From an uncultured virus (IMG/VR IMGVR_UViG_3300045993_000394) (taxonomy: Duplodnaviria; Heunggongvirae; Uroviricota; Caudoviricetes): 64,000 nucleotides of DNA. How positions within the stretch are numbered: the stretch's first letter is position 1; each line of letters opens with the position of its first letter. The position numbers and the translations under genes were made by a program. The stretch lies in the IMG/VR virus record IMGVR_UViG_3300045993_000394. One strand, 5' to 3'. Below, one piece after another: positions 20,496 through 30,712 of this stretch. The notes under the pieces are model-generated. The model had not been told where the DNA came from, searched no databases, and saw only the letters and a list, made by a program, of their open reading frames with translations.

Positions 20496-22590
20496 TTGTG
20501 TCTCCCGTCTTGATGATGCTTAAATGATTCTGCTTCGTAACGACCCAGCTTTGGTCGCAGTCAAGCAAATCTTTGATGCGACTGTCGTGACTTATCAAAA
20601 TAATTGTACCGCGACTAGACTCTCGTAACGTATCAATAAGGGATATAGCAAGTCCCGCTGTAGGTCCGTCGAATACACCGAAAATCTCGTCAAGGAATAA
20701 TACGTTAGTGCCGTTGCCAGACTCACTAGCTAAGTCATGAAATGCAGATATGATCGCCAAGGTAATTTGCTGGCGCTCTGCGCCAGAGTACAATGTGAGA
20801 TCAACTTCTGACTTGACGCCTTCTTTAACAAAGATCTGTATCTCAGCCACAACGCTTGACGCGTCTTTGGAATTGGCCCTTTCACGCCAAGGAGAGAACC
20901 ATACTTGTACTTGGCCTGAGGTAAGAATTTTGATGTATTTGTCAACAAGCGTGTTTAGCCTTTCAATGATTGAACCGAACTTGTGTACTTTGATACCACG
21001 GTCTGAGAAACCTTTAATTAACACTTCATAATTTGAACAAGCCTTGGTGTATTCTTCTACTCTATCTTTTGTTGCGTTTACGGCTAGTTCTGCCTTCTCT
21101 GTGTTATTTATATTGTGTTCGTTATTCTCAATAATGCTATTTACAGCACCTATTTTTATTTTAAGTGTGCTTTCTTTTTCTTTATGTTCTACCCATGTAC
21201 GCTGATGTAGTTTATTTGTGTCTTCTATGTTTGAAATAGATATGAACATCTGATTCTTTATTACAGTAAGTATAGCAATCTCTTCTTCAATGGATATGAT
21301 GTCTTGTTTAAGCAATATGCGTTTTTCTTCGTGTGTCGCATGAACGGCTTCTACTTTGCTGTCTTGTTCTATCTTAAATGTTTTATTCTTATCTGAAATC
21401 GCATTCTCAACTCTACTTTTCTTGTCTAATAATAACGTCTTTTGCTCCTGTAGATTATCTACTTTTGATGTAACATATCCAATGGACAGTTCAGACTCAC
21501 ACTCGTTGCACTGCCCATTCATACTCTCAAACTGATTCATCCTATCGTATATATGTTTTATATCCATATCGAGTTTATACAGGTCATACAACAGACTTGA
21601 ACAGTCTGCCTTTGAATTCATTATTGCGTTGACAGTGTTGAACTCTTCTGTGTTGTTCTTATTTAACTCTGACATCAGAACCTGCACTTTACTCTTTAAA
21701 CTAAAAATGTTTTGTTCTTGTTCGCTTATATTTTTACGTGCTGCATTTATCTTATTATTGTCTTCGTTTATCACTGCCGTTATTTTGTCGGCTCCTGCCA
21801 TACACTCTTGCAATTCTGTCTCAAGTATAGACAACTGATCCATGTATTCTATGACTTGAGTTGGCTCAAGAGGCGCATTGAGAGACTGCATAAAAGACAA
21901 TTGACCCAACAATATGCCGTTTTGCTCAACACGTTTCTTTGATGCCTCGTCATGTCTTTCTTTGGCAAGCTTTAACGCACGGTCCCACACATAAAGATTA
22001 AGCAACTCAGATATTATCTGCATCCGGTCTTTGTTCTTGCCAGATACAAACTGCGCACCGCGTTGCTGCGCCAGATATGATGTAGTTAAAAACTGATCAT
22101 AAGAAATACCCAACGATGCCACTACCGCATGACGTGTTTCAACCATCTTTGTCTTACGTAAATCTACCCACTTACCGTTTACAAATTCATCAAAGTATAA
22201 ATCTGTACCTATATATTTTTCATTTTGTTCGTGTATTTGACTAGGTTCGTTACCAAATGCAGCGTCTGGATAGACGTCGCCCCACTTACGCGACATAATA
22301 ACGCGGTACATTCTACCGTGTCCGTTAGTAAACTTTATGTAACCCCACGCGCCTTTACTCCATGTGGAATTGACGATGCTGGTGTCGCTAGCGCCAGATG
22401 GATTCTCTCCAAATAGTAAATGACAGATGGTATTTAGTAGACTTGTTTTCCCAGATCCGTTAGCCGTTGTTACTATGCGATCGTTGTTGACGCCGGTAAG
22501 TTCTACAAGACCTTGTTCGTTTAAGTTTATTGTAGGATTGATGCCATAACTAAAGAAGCCTGTTGGATTGCAGCAATGTAAAGTTAACAT
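20485..22590 (-). CDS. sbcC: SbcC/Rad50 (gp46-like) recombination ATPase
   Basis: Walker A NGSGKT, zinc hook CNEC in the coiled coil, signature YSGAE, Walker B FLDE, ISH. Confidence 0.9.
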   Translation of the reverse strand: MLTLHCCNPTGFFSYGINPTINLNEQGLVELTGVNNDRIVTTANGSGKTSLLNTICHLLFGENPSGASDTSIVNSTWSKGAWGYIKFTNGHGRMYRVIMSRKWGDVYPDAAFGNEPSQIHEQNEKYIGTDLYFDEFVNGKWVDLRKTKMVETRHAVVASLGISYDQFLTTSYLAQQRGAQFVSGKNKDRMQIISELLNLYVWDRALKLAKERHDEASKKRVEQNGILLGQLSFMQSLNAPLEPTQVIEYMDQLSILETELQECMAGADKITAVINEDNNKINAARKNISEQEQNIFSLKSKVQVLMSELNKNNTEEFNTVNAIMNSKADCSSLLYDLYKLDMDIKHIYDRMNQFESMNGQCNECESELSIGYVTSKVDNLQEQKTLLLDKKSRVENAISDKNKTFKIEQDSKVEAVHATHEEKRILLKQDIISIEEEIAILTVIKNQMFISISNIEDTNKLHQRTWVEHKEKESTLKIKIGAVNSIIENNEHNINNTEKAELAVNATKDRVEEYTKACSNYEVLIKGFSDRGIKVHKFGSIIERLNTLVDKYIKILTSGQVQVWFSPWRERANSKDASSVVAEIQIFVKEGVKSEVDLTLYSGAERQQITLAIISAFHDLASESGNGTNVLFLDEIFGVFDGPTAGLAISLIDTLRESSRGTIILISHDSRIKDLLDCDQSWVVTKQNHLSIIKTGDTNVA

Positions 22591-23735
22591 TACGAACTTG
22601 CCTCATGTATTAACTCAATACCCAATTTAACTACGTCTTCAAGAGAAGAAGTGCCTAAATCAAGCTGTCCAGACTCTATATAGCTACACCAATCATCTAT
22701 CGGAGTTGCAGCTTTAGTAAAGTACACTAGTGGCTTGAATTCTATCTTTGAATCAACAACCAAAGTCGCTGTTCTACATCTTGTTGTATAAATAAACTCT
22801 TGCTTCATCTTGTCTAAATCAAGTCTACCTACTACATTTGGTGAACAACCAATAGTTACATGTACTATATTATTTACATACGACGTGTCGTTGACCAATT
22901 CGCTTACTTTGTACGACCAATCTTTTCTAGATTCAACACCGATATTAACTTTGATGAACTTTGGATGCTTAGTTTGGACGAATCTTACTTCGGTGTCTAT
23001 GGCAAAATCACCAAGCGTAACGTGTAAAAAGCCACGTTCTTGACCAGAGTCGCCCCAATTGTGCTGACACGGCGCTCCAATATAATAACCAGTGGTGTTA
23101 GATAAGTTTAACTTTTGATTTACGTGGTTGTCACCACCAAGAACTATGCTGAAAATGTCTGAGTCTATTAGTGATGAATCTGCTCCATGCAGAGCCTCAG
23201 TCCCGCCACCGAGTGTAGACCCTCTAATAATATCATGAAATATCATTATGCGGTGTTTAACTTTATTATTTATTACGTGCTTATAGTCTTTTTCGTATGT
23301 AGTTATCTGTCCAGCCGGTACGGCATGGAATTCTACATCTGGAATACCGTTAAACGAATACACGCCAACTTTGTCTATAATATGTAAGTAATTTAGGTCT
23401 ATAGTGTTTGCAAACAACAATGGAAAATGCATCATCGAATGACCAGAGAAAGCATTCTTGCTTTCTCTGTCGTGATTACCAAGTAGATAAACTAGTGGGA
23501 AGTGATTGATCTTTGCAACCAGCTTTTCGTCTGCCAGTGCACGAATGTGACTGATTGGATTACGCAGTAAAAATCTATCGCCAAGATTAAGTATGAAATC
23601 TACTTTGTGTTCAATTGCATATTCGAGCACTTGATCTTCAACATTTAGAAGATCTTCTTCCTGTAACCCGTTATTAAACCCACTATGATGGTGTATATCA
23701 CTATAGGCAACAAAATTAATAGACCCATTTGCCAT
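22590..23735 (-). CDS. sbcD: SbcD/Mre11 (gp47-like) metallophosphoesterase nuclease
   Basis: SDIH, LGD, GNHD and GDNH motifs; coupled to sbcC. Confidence 0.88.
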   Translation of the reverse strand: MANGSINFVAYSDIHHHSGFNNGLQEEDLLNVEDQVLEYAIEHKVDFILNLGDRFLLRNPISHIRALADEKLVAKINHFPLVYLLGNHDRESKNAFSGHSMMHFPLLFANTIDLNYLHIIDKVGVYSFNGIPDVEFHAVPAGQITTYEKDYKHVINNKVKHRIMIFHDIIRGSTLGGGTEALHGADSSLIDSDIFSIVLGGDNHVNQKLNLSNTTGYYIGAPCQHNWGDSGQERGFLHVTLGDFAIDTEVRFVQTKHPKFIKVNIGVESRKDWSYKVSELVNDTSYVNNIVHVTIGCSPNVVGRLDLDKMKQEFIYTTRCRTATLVVDSKIEFKPLVYFTKAATPIDDWCSYIESGQLDLGTSSLEDVVKLGIELIHEASS

Positions 23736-23745
23736 TGTGCACCCA

Positions 23746-24375
23746 TTATTCTCTCAATTTGTTTAGTTCTTCTGTATCGAAAATGGCTGGCAGTATATGC
23801 TCAAGCTGTGTGTGCAGTAGACGTGCGACTATACGCATGTCTGGGTGCGCCGATTTATCAAGTCTAAGCTTTAGTATGTGCAGCCACTCACGAGCGTTCG
23901 CCGTGACAACCAGTTCGGTCTTAAGACCCAATGGCAATAGAGCTCTGGCTTGCTGTGGAGTGCACCCGGCAGCTATCGCGTCGTTGTATGCTTTTTCGCT
24001 TACTTCGTAACCATGTTGGAATAATAACCTTTGAGCAACAGACAGTCCAACAGGCAATATAAACTTAATATCTCCTGCGCCATGTCTGTCTTTTGTGTAG
24101 TTTACGTACCGCGTAGATTCTTGCGAAATAGACGTAAGCCTGTGCCTGCAAAGCTCGTGGCTTATTGCTCTATCGCAAATTATTCTGAACGATATTGAAA
24201 CGTGCTCAAGGACACTTTCGTGTCCTTTCTGTGAAACCATAACACAAAACTTATTCGCTGAATCTTCGGTTATTTTATCTTCTGATTTATAGCAAGTCCT
24301 ACCGCTCAGTTCGATCATCTTCAGCGGGTCTGGTGTTGACCATAGTAGGCTTACCTCTGGTTCTATAGTTGTCAT
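23746..24375 (-). CDS. thyX: FAD-dependent thymidylate synthase
   Basis: GHESVLEH, RHRxxxxSQESTRY and ARALLP motifs. Confidence 0.95.
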   Translation of the reverse strand: MTTIEPEVSLLWSTPDPLKMIELSGRTCYKSEDKITEDSANKFCVMVSQKGHESVLEHVSISFRIICDRAISHELCRHRLTSISQESTRYVNYTKDRHGAGDIKFILPVGLSVAQRLLFQHGYEVSEKAYNDAIAAGCTPQQARALLPLGLKTELVVTANAREWLHILKLRLDKSAHPDMRIVARLLHTQLEHILPAIFDTEELNKLRE

Positions 24376-24482
24376 CTATGATCACCTCGGTTAGTTCTCG
24401 CATTAATTTTGTAATTTCTTCTATTGTTTCAGCTTGTTTGTGCATTGCTGTTGCTAATTGATCTATTATTTGAAGTATCTCT

Positions 24483-24647
24483 CTATTGCGCATATGTATT
24501 CACCATGTTATCTATACGTTTATGTTCGGCGTATGCTTCAGACATAGTGTACTGTTTACATTTTGAAATGTGCTTATGAAGTAGCGCTCGCACTGCTTCC
24601 GGCGTGTCACTTATGATAATGCCACACTTTATACATTTGATAGTCAT
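24483..24647 (-). CDS. Small putative Zn-finger protein (54 aa, below the ORF track cut-off)
   Basis: Hand translation MTIKCIKCGII...LHKHISKC; fills the gap between neighbours. Confidence 0.55.
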   Translation of the reverse strand: MTIKCIKCGIIISDTPEAVRALLHKHISKCKQYTMSEAYAEHKRIDNMVNTYAQ

Positions 24648-24650
24648 TTA

Positions 24651-24860
24651 CTAGCCGTTTTCAGCGCCTTTCGGTACAATTATGACGCTATCGCACACCG
24701 GGCACTCTAGATGTACTGCGTTATCAAGATCGTGCTTGATATACAGCGGATTCTTGCCGTTACTGCACGTTGAACACATGCGCTTTGTTTTACCTTTGTA
24801 CTGGTCTTTATTCTTCGGTTCCATGTTGCCAAGCGCATCAGACCTTCTGATTTCGGCCAA
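24651..24860 (-). CDS. Small zinc-ribbon protein
   Basis: CSTC...CPVC. Confidence 0.6.
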   Translation of the reverse strand: MAEIRRSDALGNMEPKNKDQYKGKTKRMCSTCSNGKNPLYIKHDLDNAVHLECPVCDSVIIVPKGAENG

Positions 24861-25137
24861 GACGGTGCTCCATTCTGTGGGTAAGTTCGGTTGTGTATTT
24901 CAGCAGGATGTCTCTATACGTATCTGAGTTTTCTATGTCACGAAGCAATTCAGCAGCTACATTAGCGGAACTGTCCGCTGCAGACATTGTATTGAGTATA
25001 CTCTTTTGCACTGCTTCATCTTGGATATATTCAAGTTTCGATGCAAGCCAGTGTATGTTATCTAATGCGTTTATGTGCGTACGTAGTCTTTTTACCATGT
25101 CTATGACATCGGTTTCTGTTACATTTTTAATTGGCAT
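24838..25137 (-). CDS. Hypothetical helical protein
   Basis: 99 aa ORF directly after dnaE. Confidence 0.6.
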   Translation of the reverse strand: MPIKNVTETDVIDMVKRLRTHINALDNIHWLASKLEYIQDEAVQKSILNTMSAADSSANVAAELLRDIENSDTYRDILLKYTTELTHRMEHRLGRNQKV

Positions 25138-25140
25138 ATG

Positions 25141-28100
25141 TTATATGGCTAGTATGAATTTACAGTCAACAGCGACACAGCTTTCAAAATCTTTAATTGA
25201 TACCATCATTGGGGCCTTGAGCATACCAACTATGCTACCTGCCAGTACGTTGTTAGCGCACGTGAGTTTACTATTTAAAACTGTCTCAACGTGGGTGATG
25301 TGCTGATTGCTGTCTACTATTACGCCACTTACTGGGATGCTATTCCCAACAGATACCATTGCCTGCACTTTGATGTCAAGCCGATCACCATGAAACTTAT
25401 CGTGCACAACAATGCCCTTTAATATAGCCATGTGGTTGTCCACCAAGTATGGCGTAATGTCGTCACACATTGGTGACCAGATGCGTGCGTAAAGATCGCC
25501 AAACTGATCTTGTAGCTTTACAGTCAAATACGGATTGCCTGTCTTTGCTGTTTTTATTTCTTTATTTACAAGTAGTCCAAGCACAAGAACGCCTTCGTTC
25601 ACCTCGCAACTGCTCATTTGTGATGGTGAGATGATTGTTCTGTCTGAATAAAAATTATTCACATACTTCATATAGATAGAGGCTGGATGGTCTGATATGT
25701 AGAAGTTTAGCGCAGACCGTTCATTCTCAGACATTTCTATTTTTGAGTACTCTTCATTTGTGATCGATTCATGGATCGAATTCAATACTTCAAGTTCATT
25801 TGCACTTGGATGCTTCTTTACGTATTTTTGAATATCCGGTAGTGTATTTATTCTATCTTTGTCAGTCATCAAATCGTCAAATTTAAAGCATCCAGCCTTT
25901 ATCAAGTTTTCAATAACTGTTTTATTAAGAGTCTTAAGCTGATATGATGTAGTGCCAGCAACAACCTTGTCAGATCCAATAAGACGTAAAAAGCGAGAAT
26001 CGCTAGTAGATACTGACCCTGGGTTGCTAACACGAGAGACAAAGTCAATAAAGCTAGAATAGCGCCCATTTAACTCCTTATCTACTAACATCGTAGCCGT
26101 AGCGGAGCCACCAAGCTTTGACACTGATGAAATGCCCATGTAAATATTCTTGCCGTCAGTTGTATAAAGTTCAGCTGAATCATTGACGTTAGGTGGCTTA
26201 ATCTGAATATTGTGCTGCATGATTGACGCCATCAGAACAGATATGATCTTTGAATCGTCGTTGTTATTGAGCAGCGCAGTATAGTATTCACACGGATAAT
26301 GTGCTTCAAGATATGCTGTAATATAAGAAATGGTACTATAACTAATGCTGTGTGAAATGTTCCAAGCGTAACGCGCGAAACCAACAAGCTTAGCCGCAAG
26401 ACTCTTCATGAAATCCATCGTGTGGCCGTGCTTCGTGCCGCCATCTACGAATTTATCGATGGCCTTCTGGAACTTAACAGCATCTTTTTTGCCTACTGCA
26501 GACCTAAATTCATCAGCCTCGGTGTCAGTAAAACCGGCGATTATTTTCGCCATTTCACTGATCTGTTCCTGATAGAGAGGCATTCCGAACGTGCGTTCCA
26601 TTACCGCACTAAGCGATTGATGCCACGCTTCCGGCTGCTGCCTACCATGTCTGCATTCGATATAAGTATCGCAGATAGATTGTGTCTTGTGTTCTTTACC
26701 GTTCTCGTCCACTCGTACTTGTGGCTCCATGGGGCCTGGACGATATAGTGCGTTCAGTGCCACCATGTGATCAAACGTCTCTGGGCATAGTCTCTTCGCA
26801 AGTGCACGCATGCCCTGCGAGTCGTACTGGAATACAGATACGAAGTTTGCCGCCTGCATTAGCTTAAATACAGAAGCGTCTTCCAGATTCATGTTATATA
26901 TGTCAATATCTACGTCGTGCCGTTCTTTTACTTGTGTAATGGTATCGTAGATGACATCCAGAGTACGAAGCCCAAGCATGTCAAGCTTAAGTAGGCCGAG
27001 CAAGGCGCAGTCGCCCATGTCGTATTGAGTAACCGCAAATTCATCTTCATCTCGACCAAGTGGAGAATACGTATCGACTGCTTCGTTGGCGATAACGATT
27101 CCTGCTGCGTGTGTCGATTTAGTTCTAAACGTACCCTGTAGCTTAATTGCGTTGTCTATCCAGCCTTGGTACTGGCTCATCGCAGATCTTGCATCCGGAT
27201 GCTCTCTCAGCAGGTCTTCTACCTGCTCGTCCTTGGTGACGTCTTCACCGAGCATCTTGGACACAGCCTTGCGATTTACAGCAGGTACATTAAGTACACG
27301 GCCTACGTTATCAATGGCGCTCTTGGCTGCCATTTGCTGGTAAGTGCAGATCTGCGCTACCTTGTCTGCGCCGTACTTGTTCTGAATGTACTTGATAACG
27401 TCGCCACGGTGACGACGCGAAATATCTGTATCGATATCTGGAAGGTCTTTACGTCCTTCGTTGATGAAACGATAAAATGGAATATTGAATCTGATAGGGT
27501 CGAACGCCGTAATACCGAGCGTATAACATACCATTGCACCGGCAGAAGAGCCTCGACCCAGTGGTGCTAGCATGCTACCGTGGTTTTTAATGTAAACGAT
27601 AATATCAGCAATAATTAAGAAGTAGCTTGAGAAATTCTTGCGTTTGATTACATCAAGCTCGTACTCAAGACGCTCAACGTACGACATGTCGTCAATCTTA
27701 CCGACGCGCTCAAGACCTTCGTAGCACATTCTTACCAATGTGTCGTGAGATTCGTCCGACGTGTACGACTTGTTGCCTTCTTTGAACTTCGGCACCATGA
27801 ATTTCTTAAGCTTGAAAGCATAATCTTCAATCTTGTTCGCAATCAGCATCGTGTTTGAGATGCACTCGTCTGGATATCCAGAACGCTTAGCTAAAGCAAC
27901 CATCTCTGCAGGTGACTTGTACCAGTATCCAGTACCGTCAAACTTAAACCGCGTTGTGTCGTCGATAGTCTTACGCGTGTTGATGCATAGTGCTATTTCG
28001 TGCGCGAATGCATCACCTTCGTTTGTAAAGTGCGAGTCGTTTGTCAAAACCGTACCAATGCCAAGTTCCTTGCTGAAATCAATCAAAGCTTCACTAATAA

Positions 28101-28668
28101 TCTTGTCTTGCGGCATATCGTGCTGCATCAACTCCAGATAAAAGTCTTCACCAAACATATAGCGAAACTTATTGATGTACTCACGTGCCCTATCTTTATT
28201 TCCATTTAAGATAGCCTGCGACGTGATGGACCCAATGCAGGCTGACAGCGCAATCAAGCCCTTGCTGTATTGTTGTAGAATTTCAAGATCGATGCGTGGC
28301 TTGTGATAAAAGCCTTCTCTATAAGAGATTGTAGACAGCTTTTTTAGATTTTGATATCCATCAGCATTCTTAGCAAGCAAAATCAAATGTGAGTACTTGT
28401 CACTGAAGTCTTTTACTTCTTCTGTGGGTCCTGCCTTTTTATCAAAGCGTGAGTTTGGGGCAAGGTAAGCCTCCATGCCCAAAATTGGCTTTATTCCTGC
28501 GTCTACACACTGCTGATAAAAACTAATGTGGTTTGATAAGTTGCCGTGATTGGTACATGCTGTAGCTGTGATGCCATGCTCTTTGCATTTGGCAATGATA
28601 TCAACACGTTTAGATATTCCATCAAGTAAGCTCAGGTCGTCGTGCACGTGTAAATGAGTGAAGTTCAA
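25141..28668 (-). CDS. dnaE: DNA polymerase III alpha subunit (family C)
   Basis: PHP domain HLHVH and NDSH, GRGSSAG, PDIDTD, HAAG, KLDMLGL, ALYRPGP, YQEQ, C-terminal OB fold. Confidence 0.97.
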   Translation of the reverse strand: MNFTHLHVHDDLSLLDGISKRVDIIAKCKEHGITATACTNHGNLSNHISFYQQCVDAGIKPILGMEAYLAPNSRFDKKAGPTEEVKDFSDKYSHLILLAKNADGYQNLKKLSTISYREGFYHKPRIDLEILQQYSKGLIALSACIGSITSQAILNGNKDRAREYINKFRYMFGEDFYLELMQHDMPQDKIISEALIDFSKELGIGTVLTNDSHFTNEGDAFAHEIALCINTRKTIDDTTRFKFDGTGYWYKSPAEMVALAKRSGYPDECISNTMLIANKIEDYAFKLKKFMVPKFKEGNKSYTSDESHDTLVRMCYEGLERVGKIDDMSYVERLEYELDVIKRKNFSSYFLIIADIIVYIKNHGSMLAPLGRGSSAGAMVCYTLGITAFDPIRFNIPFYRFINEGRKDLPDIDTDISRRHRGDVIKYIQNKYGADKVAQICTYQQMAAKSAIDNVGRVLNVPAVNRKAVSKMLGEDVTKDEQVEDLLREHPDARSAMSQYQGWIDNAIKLQGTFRTKSTHAAGIVIANEAVDTYSPLGRDEDEFAVTQYDMGDCALLGLLKLDMLGLRTLDVIYDTITQVKERHDVDIDIYNMNLEDASVFKLMQAANFVSVFQYDSQGMRALAKRLCPETFDHMVALNALYRPGPMEPQVRVDENGKEHKTQSICDTYIECRHGRQQPEAWHQSLSAVMERTFGMPLYQEQISEMAKIIAGFTDTEADEFRSAVGKKDAVKFQKAIDKFVDGGTKHGHTMDFMKSLAAKLVGFARYAWNISHSISYSTISYITAYLEAHYPCEYYTALLNNNDDSKIISVLMASIMQHNIQIKPPNVNDSAELYTTDGKNIYMGISSVSKLGGSATATMLVDKELNGRYSSFIDFVSRVSNPGSVSTSDSRFLRLIGSDKVVAGTTSYQLKTLNKTVIENLIKAGCFKFDDLMTDKDRINTLPDIQKYVKKHPSANELEVLNSIHESITNEEYSKIEMSENERSALNFYISDHPASIYMKYVNNFYSDRTIISPSQMSSCEVNEGVLVLGLLVNKEIKTAKTGNPYLTVKLQDQFGDLYARIWSPMCDDITPYLVDNHMAILKGIVVHDKFHGDRLDIKVQAMVSVGNSIPVSGVIVDSNQHITHVETVLNSKLTCANNVLAGSIVGMLKAPMMVSIKDFESCVAVDCKFILAI

Positions 28669-28679
28669 TTGCTGCTCCG

Positions 28680-29009
28680 TTATTTGTTGCCGATGCTAGA
28701 CACGCACACGGCGAGTAGCGCTAGTGCCATTCCAATGGCTGGATATAATCCTGGGATTTTCTTTGTTAGTAAATATACAATGATTGGTTCTGCTATGACA
28801 ACCGATGCAACCGACGCGACGCTAACTATCCATATGTCGCCCAGCTTCTTCAATCCATGATTGTATAAAATCAGCAACGCCATGGCAGAGGCCATTTGCA
28901 ACGTGACTACAGACGGCGACCACCATTTACTGGCTGACGACATAACCTCGGCGCAAATCATGGCCGACTCGGCTGCCATCATGGCAACACAAAACAAAAA
29001 CAGTGTCAC
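28680..29009 (-). CDS. Small four-TM protein, SMR/DMT-like
   Basis: 109 aa, four hydrophobic segments, Glu in TM1, IGMALALLAV ending; GTG start with AGGAG RBS. Confidence 0.5.
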   Translation of the reverse strand: MTLFLFCVAMMAAESAMICAEVMSSASKWWSPSVVTLQMASAMALLILYNHGLKKLGDIWIVSVASVASVVIAEPIIVYLLTKKIPGLYPAIGMALALLAVCVSSIGNK

Positions 29010-29169
29010 TGTTCTCCTCTCCAGCTTATGTTAAAAGTGATCCAGCCAACAACTATATCAAGTTCATGTAAGTTATTTGGTACAAAATAACGTCTTATTG
29101 CCAATCCTACCCAATTATGAAATGTTAAACAAAGCCTTTTGCAAATACACACGTGCTTAAAGTACGTCA

Positions 29170-29439
29170 TCACCTACGTCCACCGTATCCGAACAGACGA
29201 CCAATTAATGCAGGTATAGACGCAAATAACACAATGGCAGCAAGCATATAAGTGTCTGATTGTATATTTGTTCTTTTAGTCGGCCACATCAACAGCGGCA
29301 TATTATTCACTGCACGTCGTTTATTTACTACGTGCAGTGGTTCACCACGTCGTAAGTTGAAATGGTCATTACATAGGGTTGGATGTTCACTGTTACCAAA
29401 TTGCATCGTTGCGTCATTGCAATACATACACTTTTTCAC
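29170..29439 (-). CDS. Zn-finger protein with C-terminal TM
   Basis: CMYC...LCNDH plus hydrophobic C-terminus. Confidence 0.5.
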   Translation of the reverse strand: MKKCMYCNDATMQFGNSEHPTLCNDHFNLRRGEPLHVVNKRRAVNNMPLLMWPTKRTNIQSDTYMLAAIVLFASIPALIGRLFGYGGRR

Positions 29440-29536
29440 AATTTGCCCCGTTTGTCAGCTTCGGCCAACGCAAACATAAACCCAACAATAGACCAAAGCA
29501 CAGCGGCCATTATAATAAATAAAGAGAAACCATCGC

Positions 29537-29920
29537 TCACGGTTTGTGTCCGTCGATAAGAACTTGACGCTCTTGCAGGACAACATCTACGGCCAACTTC
29601 GTTGCTTCTTCGTATCCGACTTCAACTATCTTATGCCCACCGTCTCTGTGAATACGACAGAGTAATTCACCAAGCAGATACTGGTAGTTTATTTTTTCTC
29701 TTTCGTAAATAGCTTGACGTAAATAGACAACCAGATCGAGCGCCTCCTGATAGGCATCGATCAGTACATCGCGACCATTAAACGGTTGCAGTGGTGTACC
29801 ATATTTCGCACGGCCTTCTTTATCGCGGCCATGCATGTCCTTGATGACAAGATCCCATACTGCAGGCAGATTGTTTTTGATTGGACCGGCCTGTTCACCA
29901 ACCAGTTTATTTTCTGGCAT
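29537..29920 (-). CDS. Putative MazG-like all-alpha nucleotide pyrophosphohydrolase
   Basis: GRAKYGTPL...DAYQEALDLVVYL resembles the ExxD metal motif of this fold. Confidence 0.5.
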   Translation of the reverse strand: MPENKLVGEQAGPIKNNLPAVWDLVIKDMHGRDKEGRAKYGTPLQPFNGRDVLIDAYQEALDLVVYLRQAIYEREKINYQYLLGELLCRIHRDGGHKIVEVGYEEATKLAVDVVLQERQVLIDGHKP

Positions 29921-30160
29921 TTTCTAAATTATCCTTGCAGTAGAAGTCAAACCACGTTTCGGCCATGGTTTTGATTTCTTCATCGTCTATAAGACGTCCT
30001 GGCTTTACCAAATCTTTTAAGCGATCTATCTCTTTTGTTGCGCTTGCAAGCATGTGCGTTAATTCAGCCACCTGCGCTTGCAAGCCTGCTATCTTTGCCG
30101 AATCTTCATTCTCGCTCATATGCGAACCATACATCAATTCGCTATTCGCGTTTAGTGTGT

Positions 30161-30712
30161 TTAGCGCTTCATTCGTTTCGAAAGACACTTTTTTGCACAT
30201 ATATACTTATCTTTTATTTCCATCCACTCGGCCACCTTATCGTGGCATATATCGCATTGCACCATGTCTACTGCACTGTCTGTTCTCTTTATTGTGTACT
30301 GAGATAGTTCATTCACAATCTTTGACATGTCTTCATACATTTCTTTTGGTATATTTTTATTATTAATTGATGCAGCTTCAACGTATTCTTGTTTGTGTAT
30401 TATGAAACCAATTATGTCGTATCTCTTATCTACAGATATACCTTTATCAAACTTTGGTTCTACTCTATAAACAGTGTTACTATCTGAATATAATTTATAC
30501 CATCCATCTGACGCCAATGTAAATTCGACCGATGATAGAACATTGTTTGCCGCGCTTACTAAATTTTCTTCTGTCGATGCTTTGGCCTTTTTGGTTTTAC
30601 ACTTTTCGCATCTTTGCTTGTTTAAAGACCACTTAAACACCTTAAATGTGTTTTTGCAAGATGCATTGGCACACTTGATCTCTTTAGTTTCAGAACTTTT
30701 TACGTTAGCCAT
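30161..30712 (-). CDS. Hypothetical protein with N- and C-terminal Zn fingers
   Basis: CANASC...CEKC and CDIC...CAKKC. Confidence 0.55.
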   Translation of the reverse strand: MANVKSSETKEIKCANASCKNTFKVFKWSLNKQRCEKCKTKKAKASTEENLVSAANNVLSSVEFTLASDGWYKLYSDSNTVYRVEPKFDKGISVDKRYDIIGFIIHKQEYVEAASINNKNIPKEMYEDMSKIVNELSQYTIKRTDSAVDMVQCDICHDKVAEWMEIKDKYICAKKCLSKRMKR

